A stretch of 64,000 nt of DNA. It comes from Azolla caroliniana (Eukaryota; Plantae; Polypodiophyta). This document shows, one piece after another, positions 38,316 through 48,800 of the stretch. The stretch spans positions 13,268,001 to 13,332,000 of the forward strand of contig JBHGNT010000016.1 of assembly GCA_043228905.1 (NCBI GenBank), read 5' to 3'. The notes under the pieces are model-generated. The model was not told the DNA's origin. It ran no database searches and saw only the letters and a list, made by a program, of their open reading frames with translations. Position 1 is the stretch's first letter; each line of letters starts with the position of its first letter. Position numbers and translations under genes: made by a program.

Positions 38316-39707
38316 TGATAACAAAGATATATATACTATATGAGGAGAATATACAAGAATAGCTAGGAGGCTTAAGACTGGCATTGAACCGATTTGGTTC
38401 TTAATAATGCCATGTGCCTCTTTTTATAGTGGCTTAGGAATACTCTTGACATTTCTAGAATGTTCCAGAGAAATCTAGAATATACATGGATTTCTTAAAT
38501 GAATAAATAAATAGAAATAATGATCTTCGTATTACAATGTATAGCTTAATGGTAAGGCTTCAACCTATGTGACACAAGGTTATGGGTTCAAATCCTTTTG
38601 AAGCTATACCATGCTCTATCATGACACTATCGGGATTTGGCTTGTCGGGATATCACTGATGAAAGTCCGTAAAACAAACAGAGCATTTACAACATTCTCA
38701 ACTCGTTCCCAAGTATGCTTGCTTGGACTATAGCCTAGCCAATCGACCAAATATCGCTTAAAGCTTGTTGCGAACAATCTTGGAATCGAGGATGGCAACT
38801 ACTTTGTACTCTGGTCCTGATTCAAGCTCGATCGGGGGTGGAGGTGGTGTAATACGATTCGGAATAGTGTTGTCTTGATACGGTTTGAGAAGAGAACTAT
38901 GAAAAACCGGATGTATCCATAGTTGCAGAGGTAGATCGAGACGAAAAGTGACATCATTAATTTTTCCGATAATACTTAAAGGACCTAATCATCGATAATC
39001 CAATTTATCACATGGTTGAGTAGTTTTGATGTGTCGTCGTAATAGCCATACCCGATCTCCAATATTAAAACTGGATGGAAGCCGATGACAATCCACATAA
39101 TCCTTCTGTGTTTGTTGAGCTTGTTGTAAATGAGGAGATAAGTCTGCATGTATCTTGTGTAGCCGTTCCAAACGATCCTCAGCATAAGGATTTGTGGGTA
39201 ACTCCAGAGTTTTGAATACACACCATCGAGGATGATAGCTTGTATAAGCATAAAATGGTGTAACCCTAGTCGATGAGTGGACAAAGTTATTATACAAATT
39301 CGGGAAAGTGGAGAATATCTGCCCAGTCATTTTGTTGATAGCTTAGAAAACAACGAAGATATTGTTCAAGCGTTTGATTTGTTCGTTCTGCTTGTCTGTC
39401 TGTTTGCGGGTGGTAGCCAGAGGAGAGGTTACAAGTGACCTTGAGCATTTTGAAAAGATTCTTCCAAAATTTCGAGAAAAATTGGGGTCCACGGTTGCTG
39501 ATGCCATGATGCCGACATACCTCACGCATGATAGTTTCGACATTCTCTTCACTAGTGATTTCCTTAGTACAAGGCAGAAAATGTGCCATCTTCGTATATT
39601 GATCTACTACTGTTAAGATCACATCCAATCCCTTTGAAACTGGAAGATCTGTGATGGAATCTAGAGAAATGGATTGCCACGACTTTCTCGGAATTGGTAA
39701 TGGTTCT
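38201..39707 (-). mobile_element. Chromovirus copy G3: 3' LTR (38201-38626), chromodomain and integrase; remainder lost
   Basis: The LTR is homologous to those of G1/G2. Integrase ORF pieces lie at 38989-39628. The PPT is deleted and the copy is cut off by the copia LTR at 39708. Confidence 0.92.
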
Positions 39708-41066
39708 TGTTTAGAATCAAGCTCAACCTAATCTAGTGTGTGAACACACCCATGAGAGTCCTTGTGCACTCAAAGGTCAAAAGTCACCACTCTTATCTAC
39801 ACATTAACTATGTGTCATAGAATCATATTCTATGACACATAACTAATGAGTTTCCACATTCCCCATGACCCATGAGCTTTGGTAGTTAATGAAGAGAAAG
39901 AAAGAAAGAAAGAAAGATATATTAACTTCTTCTAAGGCCAAATTTGGCCCATGAGACAATTGGTTTACAACAAAAATGAGTGTTTATCCAATCATCAAAA
40001 CTAAAATAAAAGAAAATAGCTTAAGCTAAGAGAGTTCTAGTAGTGTACAAAACTTTGCACTAAGCCTAATCTCATTTCCACCCAAGTCTCTCAAAAAGAA
40101 GGGGGAGGTCAAAAGTTTTTGGTGTGGGTGTGACCCATGGTCCCGATGCATAGAGTGCCCTAGCCATGGCTTCTAGGCGGTGTAGTTCACGTTCCCTTAT
40201 TTTCTTTATTGCTTCTACATCTCGTCGAGTTGCTTTGAAACCCGACATCCAAGGGCGTTTGGTTCTTCTTTGATTTTTTGCTTCATCAAGGAAAAGCCCG
40301 AGTGGTGTAGGTGTGTCGACATTCATTGTCTCCCCATGTTCCTGAAAAACTTCATTTGTTACATGTTGGTAAACATTAGCAACATTATTATCAATGTTTT
40401 GTAACTTATTCTCTCTGTGTTGTTTCAATTCTAAGATGTATATTCCTAATTTCTTTATATCTAGTGTATCTAATAGTTTAGGGAGGGTGGGAGAGGAACC
40501 AAGTATGTCTTGGTATTTTGCCCTTATCTTGACATAGGTGGGGCATTTGCATGTAAAATGGTACTCATCCTCTACCTCTATGTGGCATAACCTACATATC
40601 CTTTCCTCCCTAGGGACTGTCAGGAATAGTACTAAAACAGAGATGGAATTAGTACTAAGAAGAGTAGTACTATTAGTACTATTAGTACTAAGAGGACGGG
40701 ACTGCGTAAGATTCCCGAGAGAGAGGAAGTGAGAAGAGGAGAGAGAGAGAGAAATAGGATGATGACAGCAGCTCTTATATTATATGAAAAATAAGTACAA
40801 ATCGACTAAGAGGCTTAAGACTGGTGTTGAACCAATTTGGTTCAACATAATGCTTAGTGCCTTCTTTTATAGTGTTCTCAGGAATAATCCTGAAGCTTCT
40901 AGAATGTTCCAGAGAAATCTGGAATATACATTACTTTCTTATAATAAAACATAAATGAAAATAATATTCTATGAATTACAACAGATGGTGAGATGGTTAA
41001 GAGCTCGACCCATATACCATAAGGTCATGGGTTCGAGTCTTGCCATCTCATGACACTATCTCCCCC

Positions 41067-44000
41067 TTAAAGACGACGAGTGGAACGAGTCAGCGCTACT
41101 TGCGGACCGGGTTTGTCCGGATACTTTCGGTGGAAATCAGCAAGAAGATCTTGTGCATTGGCAACATTCTCGACGGGTTCCCAAGTACGTTCACTCGGAC
41201 TATAACCGAGCCAATCGACCAAGTAATAGAGTTTGTTGCGAACAAGTTTGGAATCGAGGATGGCAGCAACTTCATACTCCGGGCCGGCGTCCAACTCCAG
41301 TGGGGGCGGCGGTGGTGTCACACGATCGGGAATGGTGTTTGCTTTATAAGGTTCAAGAAGAGAACAATGGAAAACCGGATGTATCTGAAGCTGCGGAGGG
41401 AGATCAAGGCGGAAGGTGACATCATTAATCTTCCCCGTAATACGGAAAGGACCGAGTCGTCGATAATCCAACTTGTCGCACGGTCGAGTAGTCTTGATGT
41501 GACGACGTAAGAGCCATACTCGATCTCCGATGGCAAAAGAGGAGGGAATCCGATGACGATCCGCATAAGTCTTCTGTGTGTGTTGAGCATGACGAAGGTG
41601 AGTAGAGAGATCCATCTGGATCTTGCGTAGCCTCTCCAAATGATCCTCGGCACGAGGGTTGGTAGGTAGCTCCGGAGTGTCGATCACCGACCAGCGAGGA
41701 TGGAAACCGGTATAAGCGAAAAATGGGGAGACCCGAGTCGAGGAGTGAATAGCATTATTATACGCAAACTCCGCAAAGTGGAGAATCTCGGCCCAATCGT
41801 CCTGTTGATAACTCAGGAAACACCGGAGATATTGCTCCAGCGTTTGGTTTGTTCGTTCCGCCTGTCCGTCGGTTTGAGGATGGTAGCCGGAGGAGAGGTT
41901 GCAGGAGACCTTGAGCATCTTGAAGAGATGCTGCCAAAATTTGGAGACAAATTGCGGGCCTCGGTCACTGATAATACTGTCTGGGAGGCCATGATGCCGA
42001 AAAACCTCACGCATAACAAGAGCGGCGGTTTCCTCGCTAGTGATGGCTTTAGTACATGGCACAAAATGTGCCATCTTCGTATATCGATCGACGACGGTTA
42101 GGATAGCATCGAACCCTTTCGAGACCGGCAGATCTGTGATAAAATCAAGACAAATAGACTGCCATGGCTTACTTGGAATTGGTAAAGGTTCCAACAAGCC
42201 ATATGGATGGTGTCGTGGCATCTTTGCTCGGCAGCAAGCATCACAGGTCCGAACGTAGTCGTCGACAAAACGGCGCATGTGGGGCCACCAAAAAGATCGC
42301 TGCACTAGCTCCAACGTCTTAGTACTACCGAAATGTCCCGCCGTATGGGTGTCGTGACAATGTTGGACAATTTGAAGGCGACAGGAGCAATCGGGGACAT
42401 ATACGCGCTTTTTAAAGAATAACAAGCCATCATGATATTCGAATTGTCGGTAGTCAATACCTGGTTGTTGAGACTGAGAACAGGATGCCCGAGAAGTATC
42501 AATGTGCGCCAGGATGTCTTGAGCAAAACTATCCGTCTTCAAGGTTGCACGTATGTCATCGGTAATCCGTGAATCCATCGGGGTGTGAAAAATCCGCGTC
42601 GTGTGCAATCGTGTTGGTCCCAAGATTACTTGCTTTTGATTATCAAATGTTGCTTCACCAGGACGAGGTGCAAGATATGAACGTCGTGATAGTGCATCTG
42701 CTTTTCCTTGCTGCTTCCCCGGTCGATATGTGATTTTGAAGTCGAAACGCGTGAGGAATTGCGCCCACCGAGCTTGCCGTCGATTTAGTATGCGAGCGTT
42801 CTGAAAATAAGCAAGATTTTTATGATCGCTGAAGACAATGACCTGATGTGGAGAGCCCTCTAAGAAATGCCGCCATTGTATAAATGAATCCACGATGGCT
42901 AATAACTCCTTGTCATGTATTTCGTAGTTGATTTCTGCGACATTGAATTTGCGCGAATGAAAAGCCACCGGATGCAACTCTTCTTTATCACCTTGTTGAG
43001 AAAGGATGCTACCGAGGGCGAAATCTGATGCGTCGGCCTCCATGATGAATGGTTTGCTTGTATCCACATGAGCTAGAATCGGTGCTGATGTAAAGGCTTT
43101 CTTAAGATGCCGAAAAGCCATATCTGCTTCAATGGACCAAAGAAATGCTTGGCCCTTCTTCGTAAGTTGTGTGAGAGGTAAAATAATCTTCGAGTAATCC
43201 TGTATAAACTTACGGTAGAAGTTAGCAAAACCTAGAAAACATTGTACATCTCGTACCGACCGTGGAATTTGCCACTCTAGTACAGTTTGGATCTTAGCTG
43301 GATCCATGGCGATGCCCTTTGAGGAGATGACGTAGCCTAGAAATTCCACTTGCTTGCAGTCAAAGCTACATTTTTCTAGCTTGGCATAAAGACCATTCTC
43401 GCGGAGTCGCTTTAGTACTAATAGTACATGAGAGTCATGCTCTTCCTGGGTCTTCGAATAAATCAACAGATCATCCAGATAAATGATCAAACAGATATCC
43501 AAGAGGTCTCTGAATATATCATTTGCCATGTGTTGGAAGACTGCGGGTGCATTGGTTAGGCCAAACGGCATAACAGTATACTCAAAATGCCCATACCGCG
43601 TGCGAAAAGCGGTCTTCCACTCATCTCCCGGTCGGATCCGCACGAGATTATACGCTCCGCGTAGGTCGATTTTAGTAAAAAACTTGGCACCATTAACTCG
43701 CTCTAAAAGACTTGATATAAGAGGAAGTGCATACCTATTCCGGATGGTGACTTTATTTAATCCGCGGTAATCAACGACAAGACGAAGTGAGCCATCTTTC
43801 TTCTTGACAAAGAAGATGGGTGCACCGGCCGGAGATTTCGAATGACGGATGAACCCGCTTGCCAAGTTCTCCTCTATGTAGGCTCGAAGGACTTCTAACT
43901 CGGTGGGTGACAGGTTGTAAATTGGTCCCCATGGTGGCTCGGTTCCTGGTTGTAAATCGATGGGACAGTCATAGGGACGGTGATGAGGAAGGGTACCGGC

Positions 44001-44639
44001 TTTTACCTTGTCAAATACATCGGCATAAGGATGATATTTTGCCGGAAGTTGTACTGAGGAGTCCTTCTTAATAGTGTTGGAAGGATGTACTGATATGGAA
44101 AATAGGAACATTGCCTCCTTGGGTCCTTCTTCGCGTAGTTGATGGAGTGAAATGGTCGAAACTCGGCGAGTTGATTCTTGGGGTGGTCGATATCGGACTT
44201 CTCTTGTTCTCCAATCTATGGCTGGATTATGTAACTCAAGCCAAGGTAATCCTAGGACAATGGGATGCTCTGGACTACTAATTATATTAAATGATATTAT
44301 ACACACAAAACTACCTAGGACAACTTGAATGGGTTCTGATTCTTCTACAATATTCCCGGAAGCAATGGGACGACCATCAATGACCACTACAGATGCGGGA
44401 CAAGGAAGTTTTCTTAAGGATATCTGAGAAGCTTGGGCAAAATTTCGATCCATGAAACAGGAATTAGCTCCGGAATCTAAAAGTGCTAGGACGGGTACTG
44501 GGGGAGTACTTTTAGTACTAACAATGACTTGGGCTAGGAACACATTGCTAACTTGCTTGGAAGGAATGGAACCACTAATGGGCTGTACAGATCTAGGGCT
44601 GTTGTCCAACCAAATGGCTCCTATTTTGGCTGGACTCAA
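41067..44639 (-). CDS. G2 Pol polyprotein (PR-RT-RNase H-INT-chromodomain), intact, likely expressed by -1 frameshift
   Basis: Uninterrupted 1190-aa ORF with LLDSGA, YLDD, EADASD, CDAC, DFI..SDRG..QAE and a C-terminal chromodomain. Confidence 0.95.
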   Translation of the reverse strand: MSPAKIGAIWLDNSPRSVQPISGSIPSKQVSNVFLAQVIVSTKSTPPVPVLALLDSGANSCFMDRNFAQASQISLRKLPCPASVVVIDGRPIASGNIVEESEPIQVVLGSFVCIISFNIISSPEHPIVLGLPWLELHNPAIDWRTREVRYRPPQESTRRVSTISLHQLREEGPKEAMFLFSISVHPSNTIKKDSSVQLPAKYHPYADVFDKVKAGTLPHHRPYDCPIDLQPGTEPPWGPIYNLSPTELEVLRAYIEENLASGFIRHSKSPAGAPIFFVKKKDGSLRLVVDYRGLNKVTIRNRYALPLISSLLERVNGAKFFTKIDLRGAYNLVRIRPGDEWKTAFRTRYGHFEYTVMPFGLTNAPAVFQHMANDIFRDLLDICLIIYLDDLLIYSKTQEEHDSHVLLVLKRLRENGLYAKLEKCSFDCKQVEFLGYVISSKGIAMDPAKIQTVLEWQIPRSVRDVQCFLGFANFYRKFIQDYSKIILPLTQLTKKGQAFLWSIEADMAFRHLKKAFTSAPILAHVDTSKPFIMEADASDFALGSILSQQGDKEELHPVAFHSRKFNVAEINYEIHDKELLAIVDSFIQWRHFLEGSPHQVIVFSDHKNLAYFQNARILNRRQARWAQFLTRFDFKITYRPGKQQGKADALSRRSYLAPRPGEATFDNQKQVILGPTRLHTTRIFHTPMDSRITDDIRATLKTDSFAQDILAHIDTSRASCSQSQQPGIDYRQFEYHDGLLFFKKRVYVPDCSCRLQIVQHCHDTHTAGHFGSTKTLELVQRSFWWPHMRRFVDDYVRTCDACCRAKMPRHHPYGLLEPLPIPSKPWQSICLDFITDLPVSKGFDAILTVVDRYTKMAHFVPCTKAITSEETAALVMREVFRHHGLPDSIISDRGPQFVSKFWQHLFKMLKVSCNLSSGYHPQTDGQAERTNQTLEQYLRCFLSYQQDDWAEILHFAEFAYNNAIHSSTRVSPFFAYTGFHPRWSVIDTPELPTNPRAEDHLERLRKIQMDLSTHLRHAQHTQKTYADRHRIPSSFAIGDRVWLLRRHIKTTRPCDKLDYRRLGPFRITGKINDVTFRLDLPPQLQIHPVFHCSLLEPYKANTIPDRVTPPPPPLELDAGPEYEVAAILDSKLVRNKLYYLVDWLGYSPSERTWEPVENVANAQDLLADFHRKYPDKPGPQVALTRSTRRL

Positions 44640-45793
44640 TCGTTTAACTCTTCATCTAATTGACTAAGGATTTCAAATTTATTTGAGATACTTGGGCTAT
44701 TAGTACTATGAATACTATCTGACACTCTATTAGTACTATTACTACTATCAGACACTCCGAAGGGAAGAATTGACTCAGGTTTAGTACAGGCAACAATTTG
44801 ATTTACCTGTCTTCTTGGCCTATGGGGACAATTGATGGCGATATGTCCTGGTCCACCGCAATAAAGGCATAATCGATTGGCACGTCGTCGTTGCTTTTCT
44901 TCTTCCGATAACGGGCCGCGTCGACGCATGGTATCGATCTCCATCGGTGTCGAAGTATTTGCTTGAGGTATGTCTCGTGCAAACGGTTTAGCCGCGACTG
45001 CGGCGTAAGTGGGCTCTGGCCTAGAGCGTGGTATCTGTAATTGACGTTCTGAACGCCGTTCAAAAAGGCGGTTGTCACATCGAACTGCTCGACTGATTGC
45101 CTCCGTAAGAGACTTTGGTTCTTCGGGGAAAGTTAGAAGTAGATCTTTGACATCGTTTCGCAAGCCATAGCGAAACTGTTCCATTAGTGCTTGATCATCC
45201 CAGGGTATATCTGAAGCAAGTAGGCGGAAATCCGCCGCGTAGGCAGAGGCTGGACGATCGCCTTGACGCAATCGCCGGATCTTGTTGATCGCCGTCCTGA
45301 TGCTGTCGGTGTCTCCAAAGCAGGCTTTAAACTCACCAATAAAATCTTCAAAGTTATTAAGCAAGGGCGATTGTTTTTCTAGAAGCGGAGCGAACCATGC
45401 CAAGGCTGAGCCGCTAAGTAGCGTGCCTATTAGGCCGACTCGAGATGCATCAGTGGGATATCGGGAAGGATGCATCTGGATGACTAAGCGTACCTGATTA
45501 AGGAATCCCCGAAATTGCGAACGCGTTCCATCAAATTACACAGGAAGTCCAATCTTGGGCTCTTTATGAAATCCTTGGGGACTGGATCCTTGTTGTTGCA
45601 ACGCTGCTTCGAGTTGTTGTACCCGTAACGCTAACTCCCCATGTTGTTGTTGCGTTTGTTGTTTTTCTAGAGCGATTTGTTGCAGATCCCCTATCAGCCG
45701 TTGGTTTTCTTGTTCCAAGGCAACAAACTTTTCTTTTAGGCACTGTAGCTCGGAGAAAACGGATTGGTATTCTTGGGCGCTAACAGTAGCCAT
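44636..45793 (-). pseudogene. G2 gag with a single in-frame TAA (45536-45538)
   Basis: IGLPV*FDGTRSQ versus IGLPTEFDGTRSQ in G1. The knuckle CLYCGGPGHIAINC is intact. Confidence 0.9.
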
Positions 45794-45848
45794 AGTATAG
45801 GGGAAAGGGTAGGAAGATGAGGGAGAGTGACAAGTAGGCTAGAGGAAG

Positions 45849-45860
45849 AAATTGGTTCAA
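45849..45860 (-). promoter_or_regulatory. G2 self-priming-type PBS
   Basis: TTGAACCAATTT lies 2 nt inside the 5' LTR and is complementary to the minus-strand LTR sequence at 46072-46083. Confidence 0.82.
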
Positions 45861-48800
45861 ACTGTCAGGAATAGTACTAAAACAGAGATGGAATTAGTAC
45901 TAAGAAGAGTAGTACTATTAGTACTATTAGTACTAAGAGGACGGGACTGCGTAAGACTCCCGAGAGAGAGGAAGTGAGAAGAGGAGAGAGAGAGAGAAAT
46001 AGGATGATGACAGCAGCTCTTATATTATATGAAAAATAAGTACAAATCGACTAAGAGGCTTAAGACTGGTGTTGAACCAATTTGGTTCAACATAATGCTT
46101 AGTGCCTTCTTTTATAGTGTTCTCAGGAATAATCCTGAAGCTTCTAGAATGTTCCAAAGAAATCTGGAATATACATTACTTTCTTATAATAAAACATAAA
46201 TGAAAATAATATTCTATGAATTACAACAGATGGTGAGATGGTTAAGAGCTCGACCCATATACCATAAGGTCATGGGTTCGAGTCTTGCCATCTCATGACA
46301 GGGACTCCGTTAGTACGTCCATTCTCAATCTCAAGTTGGTGAGATGATATTCTAAGTTGACCAATGGCAAACATTAGTGCATGTGGTAAGAATACATCTA
46401 GATATCTTGGTTGCGTGATAAAACCTAACTTAGAGAACTGCATAAAGTGTTCCTTATAGTACGACATTTTAGATGGGAGTGGCTCTAGTGGGGTGATCCA
46501 TTTATACTGAGTATAAATTTTCCATATTTCTTGGCGTATTACTTTATTACGGTCCTCATGAGAGATTAAAGTGTTATCAGTCGTGTGGTCGTACTTAAGG
46601 GGGGGGAGGTTATTAATGTCTAGACCGTTGGCAAGAAGCGAACTCACCATCATGCCATACCATCAGCTAGTATAGTTGGACTCATACAATGCTCGAGAAG
46701 CCTTAAAGGCTTGATGGGATATTCTATCAAGTGGTTGGTTATGTATCTTGTGGATAAAGACTACAAGTTGAAAAAGTGCTTCTACTAACATAGGGGGTAG
46801 AGTGAACTCAACCCTAATAATGTCATGTGGGACCGATGATTTGCTTCGGAGTTGGCGTGATAACATCATCACCAATGGTCTCTCTAATTGTGTCCACATG
46901 AAAGATGGTAGTCCTGGAGCCCAAACCGTTGATGCATACATGAGAGAGGGAGTCACTAATGAGTCAAGGAGCCACCCTTTAGTTCGTGGCTCTTGGAAGT
47001 ATGCTTGGTGGCATTGTCTCTCGAGGAGTGAGAGGGATGCATGTCCTCTTGTAAGTCTATCCTTTGCTGCTTGTGTCATCGAAAATTTACCTGAGCGGGC
47101 ACTGAAAGTGACTCCGAGAGAGAGAGTGACTATATAAAGCACTCTCCTCCTACTTTGTAATTAGTTCGGTTAATCTCCTTTGTAATATATATCTTTTTGA
47201 GTATTCTATTGTCTCTCCAATCTATCTATCTTGTGTTTCTCTCTCTCTCTCTCTCTCTCTCTCATACACACACTCACAACACATATCGCTAATCTATTCC
47301 GCTGCACAAGAATCACCATCGATTCTTTCCATGGTATCAGAGCGGTTTGGTAGTTCGATCTATAGCCCATTCACATGTGTTGAGCTCTACGCCGACGTTC
47401 AAGAAGAACCGGCTCATCGCAATCGTAGTGCGACTACATAGCTCGTATTCAAGAGAGAAGAAGAAGGAAGAAATCTACATCGAACACCATGAATACTCAA
47501 ATCGGGAGCACTCTCCCTAGCGAGAAGTTGGACCGAAACAACTTCGCATATTGGGAGTACAAGATGCACCAATACCTTGTCGGTCAAGGTTATTGGGGCT
47601 ACATCAAAGGAGCACAAGATAACTGGCCCAATCCGAAAGACGCCGACTACGCAACATGGGAGCAAGTGGCGAGTTGAGTAATGTATTTCTTGGCGACATG
47701 TGTACACGAGCACATGCTCAGCTACATTCGAGAAGCCGAGACGCCGAAGGAAGCGTGGGAGAATCTACGAAAGATTTTCGCCACCAACACAACCGCGAGG
47801 AAGCTTCAACTCCGCCAAGAGTTGAACAACATCCAACAAAGGGATATGTCCATCACAAGCTACACCTTGAAGATCAAGGAGCTTTGTGATGCACTTGGCT
47901 CAATAAGCGTCAATGTGGAGGATGACGAAATGGTGCAAATATGCCTCGTCGGCCTTGCACCATGGTTCAGTACGATGCGGACCACCGTACTAGCACGGGA
48001 GAATCCGCCCTCCTTCGTCGATCTTTAATCCATGTTATTGGTCGATGAGAATCATGTTCAAACAAAGAGCAACGCCTTGGAAGGCCACATGCTCTACACG
48101 CATTCAAATGGAAGAAGAGGACGTGCCCAAGCAAGAGGTCAATTCGGCCAAGGACGAGGCGACGAATGAGGTCCGACTTATGACAAGAACTCCCAATTTT
48201 GTCAACAAGATGGAAGCCATTGAGGAACCTTTAGAAGAAGGGGGAGCTCCCATTCCGGTCTGAGTTGACAAAACTCAATCGAATGCAGATATTGCGGAAA
48301 TATCGGCCACCACGAAGAAGAGTGCCGAAAGAAGATGCGTGAGTCGGCTTCCTCAAGCCGACAACTCACAAATTACGCCACCAATTGTGATTATGAAGAC
48401 CTTGGCGGAATGTTCGTGATGAGACATAGAGCAAATTCTATGTCGGGCTCTACTTCGACTAATGCCTCCAATCCAGAAGATGTATGGTTTGTCAACTCTG
48501 GTGCTTCGAACCATATGACATCCCATCAAGAATGGTTCTAAGACTTGCGGGAGACGGATCGACCTAGTTATGTCGAGACTAGAGATGACACCATTCATTG
48601 TATTTGATTTATTGGCAATGTCCCATTTGGGAAAGACGGCGAACAAACTTGCATAAAAAATGTCTTATATGTACCCACCATGACGAATAATTTGGTCTCC
48701 GTCGGCCAAATTGTGGAGCAAGGGATGCAAATTTGATTCAACCAAGGTGGTTGCTTCATCGAGAAGGAAGGTTGACTCATCGCTCGGGGTCGAAGGGAAG

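Larger units (their letters stand above)
40618..46300 (-). mobile_element. Full-length young chromovirus G2 (Tcn1/Tf1-like)
   Basis: TSD GGGAC at 40613-40617 and 46301-46305. The 438-bp LTRs at 40618-41055 and 45863-46300 differ at 2 positions that I could see. PPT lies next to 41056. Confidence 0.98.
39897..47115 (-). mobile_element. 5'-truncated LINE (non-LTR retrotransposon) with (CTTT)n tail, split by G2
   Basis: Post-RT sequence LGVTF...LVTPSLMYASTVW, then LRISSHQLEIENGR..GVP|REERICRLCHIEVEDEYHFTCKCPTY (CCHC) reads across the G2 TSD. (GAAA)n lies at about 39896-39915. Confidence 0.85.

Noticed and set aside
38538-38612. Functional tRNA gene
   Set aside because: The anticodon and T stems do not pair properly and every copy lies at a fixed LTR position. 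It is reported as a tRNA-like cassette only.
40072-40428. 118-aa ORF as an independent gene
   Set aside because: It lies between the LINE C-terminus and its tail and has no recognisable domain.
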